Positions 38,393-48,701 of a stretch of DNA of 64,000 nucleotides are shown one piece after another. The stretch spans positions 64,019-128,018 of the forward strand of contig JAYRIM010000023.1 in the NCBI GenBank assembly GCA_041906785.1, read 5' to 3'. The stretch's first letter is position 1. Each line of letters begins with the position of its first letter. Source of the stretch: Candidatus Levyibacteriota bacterium. Lineage in GTDB: Bacteria > Patescibacteriota > Microgenomatia > Levybacterales > UBA12049. Made by a program: the position numbers and the translations under genes. The notes beneath the pieces are model-generated. The model worked only from the letters and a program-made list of their open reading frames with translations, did no database searches and was not told the origin of the DNA.

Positions 38393-39841
38393 TTAGTATT
38401 TGTACGGATACCCGCTATTGCCTGTATTTAACATAAAGTAAACAATAACAATTGCGACAATAAAGTACACAAGAAGCCAAAGGAAAGTTGCCACGAAGTT
38501 CAAAACTCCCCAGACCAATCCTCGTTTCGTACCTATAATATATGAAGGAGCTATGAGTAATGCGAAGTACACACCGAGAGAGAAAACCAGTATCATTAGT
38601 GACAGTAATGTATTAAAGGTATAATCATATGAATATTTGTTTATAACGAATGAATACAGGAAAAATATAAGTAGCGTATGTATAGTCGCGAAAAGTGAAG
38701 TGAAAAAACTTACGCCAGATGTAATAAGAAAGCTTTTTTGTACTGATGATAATAACGCATGTTGATCTGTCGCAGGCTGTACATTTCGCCGGGATCGTAT
38801 TTTCTTAATCATTATAAAAGCTATAATAATAATTACTGCTAATAAGAAAAGTAATACAAGAGCTCCTATGAGTACCTCTTTACCGTATAGTCTCCATAAG
38901 CTTTTCGCATATGCACCTTTCACCGTATAGGTTTCCATTGGACTCAAATTACTTGCATATTTTGTTAAAGAACCATAGCCGATATTATTTATGAAATCAT
39001 CAAGTTGATAGCTGCGAATTTCATCATCAGAATCAAATGATGAAGGTCGTAATGAAGTGCTAAGTCCCTGATTATATCCTACAGAACCTGATCCACCTTT
39101 AAGAACATAATCCTGTTCTGTAGAAATACCTACTTGTAATGAACTGATGGTGTTGTCTGTCTTTAATGTTTTAAATTCATATCGATAGACTTGAAACAGA
39201 TCTTCTGAAGTAAAATCAGAAGTTCTATAACTTAGTAAAAGAGTAGTAGATTCATTTGATGAGGTAGGATTTGGTAAGGTTATTTTTAATCTGTCTCCTT
39301 CTCTATCTACAGATGCTTTTTTGTATATATAGCTACTGGAACTATAATCTGTATAACAATCATCATTAGGAACTGGATATGCTTTCGACGATTCAGAATA
39401 TCCAGGGGTAGGTGTAATTGGATATGCAGTGGGAGTTGGATAATAATATGATCCATCTTCCTTATACATTGGTTCTGAAAGTGGATATGGAGGATTAGGA
39501 AGATATGGATAACATGATTTTTGTGGTCTATATAACTGCTCAAGTGCTACTACATCACGTATTTCTTGAGAACTCGGTAATTCATAAGTTAAAGTTTTAA
39601 TTGAACCTTCACTTATACTAGATAAAAGTACCCGTAGACTGACAACTGCCTCACCATTACCCCGAAGATATACAGAATAATAATGTGTCTCACCAAAAAA
39701 GAGTGGCTGCTTATATGAAGGTGGAGGAACTCGAATTGGCATTAATTTTTCCTGAGCTCTACTTTGTGAAATAAAGAGAGGTAAACCGAAAAGTAAAAGA
39801 CCTATGGTGATGAATGTTAAACGAAGAATATGATTTCGCAT
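38393..39841 (-). CDS. Hypothetical membrane protein with large extracellular domain
   Basis: Signal peptide, Pro/Tyr-rich segment, about four C-terminal TM helices. Confidence 0.75.
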   Translation of the reverse strand: MRNHILRLTFITIGLLLFGLPLFISQSRAQEKLMPIRVPPPSYKQPLFFGETHYYSVYLRGNGEAVVSLRVLLSSISEGSIKTLTYELPSSQEIRDVVALEQLYRPQKSCYPYLPNPPYPLSEPMYKEDGSYYYPTPTAYPITPTPGYSESSKAYPVPNDDCYTDYSSSSYIYKKASVDREGDRLKITLPNPTSSNESTTLLLSYRTSDFTSEDLFQVYRYEFKTLKTDNTISSLQVGISTEQDYVLKGGSGSVGYNQGLSTSLRPSSFDSDDEIRSYQLDDFINNIGYGSLTKYASNLSPMETYTVKGAYAKSLWRLYGKEVLIGALVLLFLLAVIIIIAFIMIKKIRSRRNVQPATDQHALLSSVQKSFLITSGVSFFTSLFATIHTLLIFFLYSFVINKYSYDYTFNTLLSLMILVFSLGVYFALLIAPSYIIGTKRGLVWGVLNFVATFLWLLVYFIVAIVIVYFMLNTGNSGYPYKY

Positions 39842-39923
39842 ACTAAATATAGTAGAGCATATGAATAGAGCGATGTCAATCAACCGCTTCCCTCCTAGCC
39901 TGAAAAGCTCTATAATAGCACCT

Positions 39924-42182
39924 ATGTACTGGGCTGATACTATTGCAAAAGAAATTAAAAAACGCGGTCTTACTCTAGAATGGGTTGATGATATGAAAAC
40001 ACCCTCTGGAAGAATTCATGTAGGATCTCTTCGTGGTGTAATCGTACATGATCTTGTATATAAAGCCTTAAAAGATACAGATGTGAAAACTAAATACACC
40101 TATGTTTTCGAAGATCAAGACCCTATGGATGATCTTCCTGTATATTTACAACGAGAAAAATATGAAAAATATCTGGGACTACCTCTTTTTAAAGTTCCAT
40201 CTCCAGAACCAGGATATGCTCACTATGGAGAGTTTTTTGCTTTAGAATTTAAACAAGTTTTTAATGCTATTGGTTGTCAACCAGAAATTATTTGGACTTC
40301 CCACCTCTATAAAAGTGGAAGAATGAATACAGACATCAAACTGTGTCTCGATAACGCTGCAGATATTCGAAAAATCTATGAGGAACTGTATAAAAAACCT
40401 ATGCCAAAAGATTGGTATCCTTTTCAAGTGTATTGCGAAAACTGTGGGAAGGTTGTAACGACAAGAGTATTTGCTTGGGACGGTGTAAAAGTTTCATATA
40501 GATGTGTAAAGAATGCGGTAGACTGGACTAAAGGATGTGGATATGAAGGAAAAGTAACACCTTTCAGTAACGAACAAGGAATGACAGGAAAGTTACCATG
40601 GAAAATAGAATGGCCTGTCAAATGGAAAGTTATTGGAGTGACTGTCGAAGGAGCTGGAAAAGACCATATGAGTGCCGGTGGATCACATGATTTTGCTAAA
40701 TTAGTTTGTGAACGAATTATAGATTACCCAGTACCCTATCCTTTACCATATGAGTTCTTCCTTGTTGGAGGTAAAAAAATGTCCTCTTCAAAAGGCAGAG
40801 GTACTGCAGCTATAGATATGCTCGAAATCTTACCTCCAGAAATTCTTCGATTCCTTATGGTAAAAACAAAGCTAAATCAAGCAATCAATTTTGATCCTTC
40901 TGGAGATACTATTCCTAAATTATTTGACGAATATCAAAAAGCAGCAGAAGCATATTTAGAGAAAACTGATACTGATTTAGCGAGAGAATTTGAATTATCC
41001 CAAATAGATGGAGTACATAAACCACCTACTATACGCTTTTCAGCACTTACCCAGTGGATACAAATGCCTAATATGGAGAGCAAAATAAAGGACGAAGGAT
41101 TAGAAGAGTGGGCCAAATTTGCTCGTACATGGGTTGACCGATATGCGCCAGAATCAGAAAAATTTGTTGTTCAAAAAAATACACCGTCTGAAGCAAATAA
41201 TTTAACCTCCAATCAAAAATATTATTTACAATTAATCGCTGATGAACTTGAAAAAACTCGTAGCCCAGAAGAATTACAATTAAGAATGTATGAAATTTCT
41301 CAAGAAAGAAATCTCTCTTCTAAAGAAGCTTTTGCTGCCATTTATACTGCTTTACTAGGTAAAAACCATGGTCCTAAAGCCGCATGGCTGTTATTATCTC
41401 TTGATAAACAGTTTGTAAAAGAAAGATTCACAAAAATCTCATCCAATAAAACCTCTCAGGAAAACCCAAGAAATATTACAAAACTTAATCGTCCCGAGTT
41501 ATTTCACATAGACAAGCAAGTCAGCGGAAACTATCCCACGATCTCTGTCGGTTTAGCAATAATAAAAAATATTAACGTTCGTAAAAGTAATGATACTCTC
41601 GAGAAAGAAAAAGAGACGCTTCTAAAAAATTTTGAGGAATTAACAACAGAACAGCTTGGGGCATATCCAGAAATACAAAGTTATAGAAAATTATATAAAC
41701 AGATGGGTGTTGATTGGCATTCACGTCGGCCAAGTCCCGAAGCACTGCTCCGAAGAGTGGCGTTAAAAAAAGGACTTTACACCGTAAATACGTGTGTCGA
41801 TGCGTATAACCTTGTTGTAATGAAAGAAAGAGTTTCAGTAGGAGCGTTTGATTTAGATAAACTGCAATTCCCAACTCTTATGCGTTTTCCTAAACCGGGT
41901 GAAGAAATACTCCTCTTAGGAGATAGTGAACCAACTGCGTATAAAGAGACAGAGCTTGCATATTTTGATCAACAGGGAGGATATAACATTGACTTCAATT
42001 ATAGAGATGCTCAAAGGACGGCAGTGACTGAACAAACAAAAAATGTATATATAAATGTTGATGGTATTTACGATATTACTCCAGATAAAGTGCAACAAGT
42101 TCTAGAAGAAACCTGCGAGATTATAATGAAATATTGTGGGGGAAAATTAGAACTTTTCGGTGTACAATTAGCAAAAGAATAG
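39924..42182 (+). CDS. lysS: Class I lysyl-tRNA synthetase fused to a C-terminal B3/4 domain
   Basis: YWAD, TPSGRIHVGS, two Zn-knuckles, GKDH, KMSSSKG, HGPKA; then YRKLY...RPSPEALLRR...VDAYNL......GAFDLD. Confidence 0.92.
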   Translation: MYWADTIAKEIKKRGLTLEWVDDMKTPSGRIHVGSLRGVIVHDLVYKALKDTDVKTKYTYVFEDQDPMDDLPVYLQREKYEKYLGLPLFKVPSPEPGYAHYGEFFALEFKQVFNAIGCQPEIIWTSHLYKSGRMNTDIKLCLDNAADIRKIYEELYKKPMPKDWYPFQVYCENCGKVVTTRVFAWDGVKVSYRCVKNAVDWTKGCGYEGKVTPFSNEQGMTGKLPWKIEWPVKWKVIGVTVEGAGKDHMSAGGSHDFAKLVCERIIDYPVPYPLPYEFFLVGGKKMSSSKGRGTAAIDMLEILPPEILRFLMVKTKLNQAINFDPSGDTIPKLFDEYQKAAEAYLEKTDTDLAREFELSQIDGVHKPPTIRFSALTQWIQMPNMESKIKDEGLEEWAKFARTWVDRYAPESEKFVVQKNTPSEANNLTSNQKYYLQLIADELEKTRSPEELQLRMYEISQERNLSSKEAFAAIYTALLGKNHGPKAAWLLLSLDKQFVKERFTKISSNKTSQENPRNITKLNRPELFHIDKQVSGNYPTISVGLAIIKNINVRKSNDTLEKEKETLLKNFEELTTEQLGAYPEIQSYRKLYKQMGVDWHSRRPSPEALLRRVALKKGLYTVNTCVDAYNLVVMKERVSVGAFDLDKLQFPTLMRFPKPGEEILLLGDSEPTAYKETELAYFDQQGGYNIDFNYRDAQRTAVTEQTKNVYINVDGIYDITPDKVQQVLEETCEIIMKYCGGKLELFGVQLAKE

Positions 42183-42210
42183 AAGCACTACAAATATTTT
42201 AGCGATTTAC

Positions 42211-42246
42211 TACCTCTAATACTTTTCCCACCTTTGATACCTTTTT
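42211..42246. repeat. 9-mer array (TACCTTTGA type)
   Basis: tacctctaa tacttttcc cacctttga taccttttt; complement of the 1982-2008 unit. Confidence 0.55.
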
Positions 42247-42277
42247 CTTTTTTGCTATAGTATCATTTATCTGCGTT

Positions 42278-43147
42278 ATGAAGAAACTCGCATATCTGCT
42301 TATCCCTATTATTATAGTAGGGTTTATAGTATACGCACTCTTTACATTCTTTATATTCAGCGATAATGGCAAGGGAGCACTTCAAATAACATCAAAACCT
42401 TTTAGTAAAGTCTATTTAAACGGTTCTTATATAGGTACAACGCCATTATGCCGATGTGAAGCGCATACAATGATCGCAAGTGGAACATATACATTAAAAC
42501 TCGTACCTTTAGAAAAAGGACTTCCTGAATATGAGGAACAAGTAAAAATAAATAAAGGAGTTTTGTCAGTTGTAGATAGAAAAATTGATACAGGAGTGTA
42601 TTCAGAAGGAAGTGTTATTACGTTAGATACTCTTCCTGATAAAAATGCTGCAGAACTTTTAGTCATCACATTCCCCGATAAAGCTGACGTATTTATTGAT
42701 GCAAATCCGGAGGGGACATCTCCTTTACATCGAACAGAGCTCACAGATTCTGACCATACCATAAGAATTAAAAAAAATGGCTATAAAGATAAAACTGTAA
42801 GGATACGTACTCCTTCAGGTTATAAGCTCACAGCACGTGTCTATCTAAGTATTCTCAAAGACGATGAACAGATACTGCCAATACCGACTCAAGCAGTTAC
42901 ACCATCTATTACTCCAGTACCGACAGGAAAACAGCAAATATCGATTCGAATTCTTGAAACCCCAAATGGATTTTTACGTGTTCGGGAACAAGCCTCTACT
43001 GATGCTTTAGAAATCGGCAGAGTGTCTACTGGAGAAACATTCCAGGTGCTTGAAGAACAAAAAGGATGGTATAAGATTTCTCTCCAAAATGGAACAATTG
43101 GTTGGATCAGCGGCCAATATGTTACCAAACTAACGACTAACGACTAA
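42278..43147 (+). CDS. PEGA-domain protein with C-terminal bacterial SH3 domain
   Basis: TM anchor, two PEGA repeats (ITSKP..KVYLNG..IGTTPL), LRVRE...GWYKI......GWIS. Confidence 0.88.
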   Translation: MKKLAYLLIPIIIVGFIVYALFTFFIFSDNGKGALQITSKPFSKVYLNGSYIGTTPLCRCEAHTMIASGTYTLKLVPLEKGLPEYEEQVKINKGVLSVVDRKIDTGVYSEGSVITLDTLPDKNAAELLVITFPDKADVFIDANPEGTSPLHRTELTDSDHTIRIKKNGYKDKTVRIRTPSGYKLTARVYLSILKDDEQILPIPTQAVTPSITPVPTGKQQISIRILETPNGFLRVREQASTDALEIGRVSTGETFQVLEEQKGWYKISLQNGTIGWISGQYVTKLTTND

Positions 43148-43152
43148 CGACT
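43129..43152 (+). repeat. Perfect heptamer array ACTAACG x3 supplying the stop codon
   Basis: actaacg actaacg actaacg act. Confidence 0.8.
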
Positions 43153-43159
43153 TTTTATT

Positions 43160-44119
43160 TTACGTTTGTCCCCCAATAACGTAGATAATAATCATTACCA
43201 TTAATGCCCAGAGAACAACAGTTGCTAAGAGCGGTCTATCTGAAAAAAGAACTCTTTCGGGACTTTCACCTTCATGTTTCTCATAGATATCTTGAAGATA
43301 CCGCATCAAACCGTATACTACAGGTAGAATTGTTAACATGAGCCATTTTCGTTGTAAATATGCTGGGAGATATTCTGGTAAAAAAAGATCATTCGTAACT
43401 GTTAGTGATTGTTGCGAGTTTTCTAGAAATGTAAACAACGCATATGAAATAAATGTAGATGTAGCGAAAATAGAAGCATAGACATCTAATAAACGTTCAG
43501 AATAGTGAGAGAGAGATTTTCTTACCGCTGTGATATTTGCACTATTATGCTGAGAAACAAGAGTTAACTCTCTTCTTCGTTTTCCTACAGCGAGAAAAAG
43601 TGAAAGTGAAATAGTCGTTAATAACAACCAAACTGAAATATGATATTGAAAACCAATTACTACTTCTCCAGCATATACCCGAAGTATATATCCTCCAGCT
43701 AAAGCCAGAATATCAATGATCGCAATATGTTTCAAAAACATAGAATACGAGAGTTGCAACACAAGATAAATAATTGTGATAGCTAAAAATGCAGGCGAAA
43801 TTAGATAACTTCCTATAAGTGAAAACGTAATTAGGACAAAAGAAAGCACTTTCGCCATGTGTACTGGTATATCATTATTTGCCAGAGGTCGGAATCGTTT
43901 AAAAGGATGAAGTTTATCCTTATCTTTATCAAATATATCATTAATTATATAAATCCCGCTTGATATGCCACAGAAAATTATGAATCCATAAAAAACTCTG
44001 AGAAGATACTCTTCATAGAATAGAAGACCTGAAAACAAAATAGCAGCAGTAATCGCGAAGTTTTTAATCCATTGCCTGGGACGCAATAATCTAAAATAAT
44101 TACGTAGTAGTTTTTTCAT
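43160..44119 (-). CDS. UbiA-family decaprenyl-phosphate phosphoribosyltransferase-like protein
   Basis: LLRPRQWIKN, YIINDIFD...D.LHP.KR.RP, KRRREL. Confidence 0.9.
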   Translation of the reverse strand: MKKLLRNYFRLLRPRQWIKNFAITAAILFSGLLFYEEYLLRVFYGFIIFCGISSGIYIINDIFDKDKDKLHPFKRFRPLANNDIPVHMAKVLSFVLITFSLIGSYLISPAFLAITIIYLVLQLSYSMFLKHIAIIDILALAGGYILRVYAGEVVIGFQYHISVWLLLTTISLSLFLAVGKRRRELTLVSQHNSANITAVRKSLSHYSERLLDVYASIFATSTFISYALFTFLENSQQSLTVTNDLFLPEYLPAYLQRKWLMLTILPVVYGLMRYLQDIYEKHEGESPERVLFSDRPLLATVVLWALMVMIIIYVIGGQT

Positions 44120-45182
44120 GCTTTTGACGCAAGAGTATATGTAAAAAAGATAAACCTCCTCCTACGATTGCAAGCAGCATGATTAATGCAAATAATTTAT
44201 TTCTACTTTGCAAATGCAATGCAGCTATTCCTAATATAGCAGATATTGACCAGTAAAACAACGCAATTTGTCTTTGTGTCCAACCAAATTGTAATAAAAG
44301 ATGATGTAAATGTTTTCTATCCCCTCTAATTGGAGATTGTCTGGTTAAAATTCTTCTCATTATAGTAAATAAGGCATCAACAGTAGGTATTCCTAACACT
44401 AAGATTGCTGTTGCCAGTTTAGCGCTCGATAACATTGAAACTACTGCGAGCAGCAAATATAAGGATGTTGCTCCATAACCAGGAAAAATTTTTGCAGGAT
44501 GAAAATGATAAAAAAGAAAACCTAAACTACTTCCAGCAATTATAAACGACAGTTTTGCTTCTACAATAACGTTTGGATCTAATAGAGGAAAACGTAAACT
44601 TAATATTCCTATAACGATAGCGGCAATAGCGACGATACCCGGCATCTGACCATCAACTCCACTACTCCAATTAAGCATATTCACTACCCAAATAATCCAT
44701 ATACCGGCAACTAATTGCGAAAGCAGAATATATTGGTCAAATAATAACGGAATTCTAAAGGTATCAAAATGAAGGATTCCACCAAGCGGACTTGTTATAA
44801 ATGGAACAGTTACTCCGCTTCCCACCACAATAATCGCACATAAAATATTAACTAGGAAACGAAAATATGGCGAAAGATCTTTTGATTCAGCATTCAATTT
44901 GTCATCGATAACACCAATAGCGAGAGCTACAAAAGCTGAGAGAAAAATTGCAGCTATCATATTAGTCCATGGAAGAAAAAAAACTGCTGGGATAAAACAA
45001 CCAAAAAACAGTGCTATACCTCCGCCCCGAGGAATGGGTTTCGTGTGAAGAATAGCTGGATGGTTTCTTTTAGGATCATCTAAAAGCCCATATTTTGTAG
45101 CGTATCGGATAACAAACGGCGTTAAAAAAATTGTCACAAGAAAGGCAATAGTTAGAGGTAAAAGTAATATATCAATATACAT
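44100..45182 (-). CDS. WecA/TagO-type undecaprenyl-phosphate GlcNAc-1-P transferase (MraY family)
   Basis: H..PIPRGGG, G.IDD, N.LNWSSGVDG, PAKIFPG, DRKHLHH. Confidence 0.9.
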   Translation of the reverse strand: MYIDILLLPLTIAFLVTIFLTPFVIRYATKYGLLDDPKRNHPAILHTKPIPRGGGIALFFGCFIPAVFFLPWTNMIAAIFLSAFVALAIGVIDDKLNAESKDLSPYFRFLVNILCAIIVVGSGVTVPFITSPLGGILHFDTFRIPLLFDQYILLSQLVAGIWIIWVVNMLNWSSGVDGQMPGIVAIAAIVIGILSLRFPLLDPNVIVEAKLSFIIAGSSLGFLFYHFHPAKIFPGYGATSLYLLLAVVSMLSSAKLATAILVLGIPTVDALFTIMRRILTRQSPIRGDRKHLHHLLLQFGWTQRQIALFYWSISAILGIAALHLQSRNKLFALIMLLAIVGGGLSFLHILLRQKHEKTTT

Positions 45183-45185
45183 ATT

Positions 45186-45539
45186 TTATATAACAAGTAA
45201 ACTTGTCCTGATAATAAAAATTGATAACGCGAGAGTCACAAATAACGTTGTTATACTCACCATACGGACAATAAGAGGCATATGTTTATATGCGTATTGT
45301 GAAAAAATAATATTAATAAGAATAATACCACCCGTTAAAATAATTGGTAAGAATAACGTTACTTTCCCACCTAATCGTTCCATTCCCCATGGCAGTTGAT
45401 TAAAAACAGGAATGAATGGCGGAAACCTTCCGTATAAAAAAATTGTATAAAAGAAAGTAATTGCCAATAAAAAGCAGGAAACTAAATAACTTCTTTTAAC
45501 AATTCTATCTCTTTTTAAAGTGTTAAAGGCTTCTCTCAT
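45186..45539 (-). CDS. Hypothetical 3-TM membrane protein
   Basis: 117 aa, PP.IP.F..LPWG motif, in operon. Confidence 0.7.
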   Translation of the reverse strand: MREAFNTLKRDRIVKRSYLVSCFLLAITFFYTIFLYGRFPPFIPVFNQLPWGMERLGGKVTLFLPIILTGGIILINIIFSQYAYKHMPLIVRMVSITTLFVTLALSIFIIRTSLLVI

Positions 45540-47004
45540 AAATTTCTGTTCCTTCTAGTGAAAATAAGTACCTATATTCTTCCGGAATAAAAGATGGATA
45601 TTTTTCATCAGTCGTAATTATAATATATTTAGGTTTTACCTTCTTCATATCCTGCTCCATTTGAGTTACTGCTTCTTTCATGACAATATGATATGCGACA
45701 GTGTATTTATTAATCGGTTGTGTTTTTGATAAATAGTAAATTTGTGCACTATTACTCCATATAAAAACTTTATCATCTGCTTTAGTATGCTTTCTCAAGA
45801 ATGTTGCAATTGCATAGTCTCGTACATTACCATAATCGAAAAAACTTTGGTATGATGCAAAATTTTTTCTATGTACAATAAGGTCTATAAAATTTTGATA
45901 ATATTTTATAGTTTTTCTAGTAGTCCAATTATCGAAATGTTTATTCATGACAAAAAATGAAATTACTAAAAGCGTAAAAACCACGAGATTAGATACTGAT
46001 TTTTTCCTTATAAAAAGCAACCCAATCATGAGAGAAAAAGCAGGTAATGTAACAAGTATATAGTGGGTGTAAGGACGTTGTGAAAAAAAAGCATTAAAAA
46101 GAGAAAACGCAACCCAGATAAAAATAAATAGTATATATTTCTCAATTCGGTTTTTGAAATGATAAAGAACAAAAAGAGTGAAAAGTAATAAAAGACATTT
46201 TATAACAAGTAATCCTTGACCAAAAATAAATTCATTTTTCCATCCTACATATGACAAATTACCTGCTAGTGTGGCATCAAGAAAAAATCCTAAAGAACCT
46301 ATACTTACATAGTAAGCTAAGCAGAAAGAATAAGGCAATAAAAATCCGACTATAAAACTAAGAAGAAACTTTTTACTGTGTTTTAATACTTTAGCTATCT
46401 CCATATATGAACCATTTAATTTTGAAAACAAATAAAACATAAGTAAGGTAAGGAAATCAAACGCTGCAACAACTTTAAAAAGAAAGCTAATTCCTAAAAA
46501 CAAACCGCATCCGAAGATTAAGCTGTTATGTATTTTTTTTCTATTTAAAACTGTATAAAAGATAAAAAAAGAAAGAAGTGTAGGTAAGATCATAAAGTTT
46601 TCCGCATTTGCGATATTTCCTTCGATAATAGGTGAACCAAAAAAAACAGCAAATATCCCGGTACTTATAAAAGCTATACGGTTCTCCTTAAAAAGCGATT
46701 TCGCAAAAAGAAAAAACCAAACAATTGCTCCCATTCCTATAATGAGAGAAGCTGTACGAATTAAGAATAAATCACCATGGAACAATGCGTATACACTATA
46801 TAAAAGAGGCGGTTTGTTATCCCAAATATCTCTATAAAGTAATTTTCCTGAAAGCATTCCCTGAGAAACTGTCTGTGTAATACCTTCATCGCCATACCAA
46901 TAAGGCTCAAATAATGAAGGAAAACGTAGTAGAAAAAATCCAAAAATAAATACAAGAAGCAACCAAAAAGATTTACTTTTCTCTATTCGATCTATTATTT
47001 TCAT
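45523..47004 (-). CDS. GT-C (ArnT/GT39-like) glycosyltransferase
   Basis: WYGDEG, LYRDIWDNKPPL, many TM helices; start moved to 47004 because the upstream codons are repeat-derived. Confidence 0.82.
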   Translation of the reverse strand: MKIIDRIEKSKSFWLLLVFIFGFFLLRFPSLFEPYWYGDEGITQTVSQGMLSGKLLYRDIWDNKPPLLYSVYALFHGDLFLIRTASLIIGMGAIVWFFLFAKSLFKENRIAFISTGIFAVFFGSPIIEGNIANAENFMILPTLLSFFIFYTVLNRKKIHNSLIFGCGLFLGISFLFKVVAAFDFLTLLMFYLFSKLNGSYMEIAKVLKHSKKFLLSFIVGFLLPYSFCLAYYVSIGSLGFFLDATLAGNLSYVGWKNEFIFGQGLLVIKCLLLLFTLFVLYHFKNRIEKYILFIFIWVAFSLFNAFFSQRPYTHYILVTLPAFSLMIGLLFIRKKSVSNLVVFTLLVISFFVMNKHFDNWTTRKTIKYYQNFIDLIVHRKNFASYQSFFDYGNVRDYAIATFLRKHTKADDKVFIWSNSAQIYYLSKTQPINKYTVAYHIVMKEAVTQMEQDMKKVKPKYIIITTDEKYPSFIPEEYRYLFSLEGTEIYERSL

Positions 47005-47007
47005 AAT

Positions 47008-47095
47008 TTTCCATTTATCATCTTCCATTTTTGTTTCCTTCATTGACTTGTCTATTCCTTAAATGACAAATGGAACTTGGAAAATGAAAAATAAA
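47008..47095. repeat. Inverted heptamer arrays (TTTCCAT / AAATGGA)
   Basis: tttccat ttatcat cttccat ... aaatgac aaatgga acttgga aaatgaa aaataaa. Confidence 0.7.
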
Positions 47096-47098
47096 ATA

Positions 47099-48592
47099 TT
47101 ACACCTTATCTGTTACCTTATATTCTAAACGCTTGCCAAGCATTAACTGGGTATGAGAAATGAGGGCAGGCAAAGCAGAAAGAAAAAATCCGACAATAGG
47201 CATAAGTATAAACTCAAACGGAAAAAGTATTTTTTTATAACGAGGTAAGTCTTTATTAGTAGGTCTATTTTTATAATCAATATAAATCATTGCTACTAAC
47301 GCAATGAGTGTAGACGTTAAAATTAAACCAGCAAGCTGTGGTAGTTTATATCCTAAAGCCGTCCGTGAATATACAGGATTAAGTATAGGCATAATATTTG
47401 CAAAAACAGTAATAATAAACCAATTCACCGGCCACAGTAAGTGATCGCTGAAGACATTAAATAGTAATAACGTTTTTCTAAAAAAAGGAACTCCAGGAAC
47501 AGTAAACCACCATTTAATAAAAAGCGGATTATCTGAAACACCCCATGACCATCTCCGTTCCTGGTTATATTTATTCTTTAGACTATTTATATAACCTGCA
47601 GATAACGCTGCGTCCATTGATGTTTTTAGAAATAAAGGGTCAACCCATATATTCCCTTTTTTATGATAAAAAGCCTTGAAAAAAATACGATAATCTTCTG
47701 GAATAACATCTGCATCCCAAAAATCTACTTCCTTCAGTAACTGAAAGGACAATGAATAAGTAGAATGGGTGAGTAAACGATCTCCTTGAATAAGTAATGC
47801 TATACGCCATAAACTGCCGAAAAATGAAATAACTCTAGTAGGAGCTGGAACTTGCCAAATGTTGTTATAAAAAACAATAGCAGATTGCCAGAACTTGTTA
47901 TAGCGTTTTTTATCTGAGAGGAAAAGATATCCAAGATATGCAAAAAACTGCTTATCAAAAATAGCGTCAGCATCAGCTGTAGTTACAGTCGCGTATTGTA
48001 TATCGAGTTTTTCAGTTTCAAAAAGTTTTTTATCTACTTCCCTTGCAGCGTATGCTTCATTTGATGATTTTCCTTTCACTTCACCTGGAACATCTGGGTG
48101 ATATGTAGCAATAATGCCTCCGAAAATCGAATTAAATTCACTAATTAGTACCTCTGCCTTCTCTTTTGCTGTTTCTTCACGCTCTTCCATGGCTAGCACT
48201 ACATATATATTCTTTAAAGGAAAGGTCTGGAGTGATAATGTTTGTATGGTTCTTCGCAATTTTTCAACTCTCTCTTTATAATTAGGAAGAATTATAATAT
48301 GTGAAACTTTTTTGTTATGTTCTAAAGTAGTAAATTTTTCAAGCCAATTTTCTTCTTCAGCTTTACGGATCTTCTTAGAAGCCATATATGCAGTAACAGA
48401 AAGGAGAAAAGATTTATAAAAATAATATACATCAAAAAACAGTATGGCATATGCTAGCATTGCGGGAAAAAAGATAGATCCCCAAAGTGGAAGAGTAATA
48501 ACAGTCCAGGTTATAAATCCAGGTAGGATTTCTAAAAACCGACGGGTTTTTATTGGATACCTTGTAAAAATCTTTTGAAAAAATGGTGTCAT
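47099..48592 (-). CDS. Membrane GT2 glycosyltransferase, processive type
   Basis: GKSSN, DAD, PED and QERRW motifs with flanking TM helices. Confidence 0.85.
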   Translation of the reverse strand: MTPFFQKIFTRYPIKTRRFLEILPGFITWTVITLPLWGSIFFPAMLAYAILFFDVYYFYKSFLLSVTAYMASKKIRKAEEENWLEKFTTLEHNKKVSHIIILPNYKERVEKLRRTIQTLSLQTFPLKNIYVVLAMEEREETAKEKAEVLISEFNSIFGGIIATYHPDVPGEVKGKSSNEAYAAREVDKKLFETEKLDIQYATVTTADADAIFDKQFFAYLGYLFLSDKKRYNKFWQSAIVFYNNIWQVPAPTRVISFFGSLWRIALLIQGDRLLTHSTYSLSFQLLKEVDFWDADVIPEDYRIFFKAFYHKKGNIWVDPLFLKTSMDAALSAGYINSLKNKYNQERRWSWGVSDNPLFIKWWFTVPGVPFFRKTLLLFNVFSDHLLWPVNWFIITVFANIMPILNPVYSRTALGYKLPQLAGLILTSTLIALVAMIYIDYKNRPTNKDLPRYKKILFPFEFILMPIVGFFLSALPALISHTQLMLGKRLEYKVTDKV

Positions 48593-48609
48593 ATTAAAGC
48601 TACAATTTC

Positions 48610-48701
48610 ATCCGAATAGTAGAAAAATTCTATTATATACGAATTTCTACGAATAATTAGATATTCGAATACATTCGAATATAATTTGTAGTCATTCGGA
48701 T
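48610..48701. repeat. Inverted ~10-nt-period arrays (TACGAAT / ATTCG cores)
   Basis: atccgaat...tacgaat ttc tacgaat ... attcgaat ac attcgaat ata atttgta gtc attcggat. Confidence 0.7.

Noticed and set aside
48610-48701. Possible mini-CRISPR array
   Set aside because: Units are about 10 nt, inverted and lack unique spacers; no cas genes in the window.
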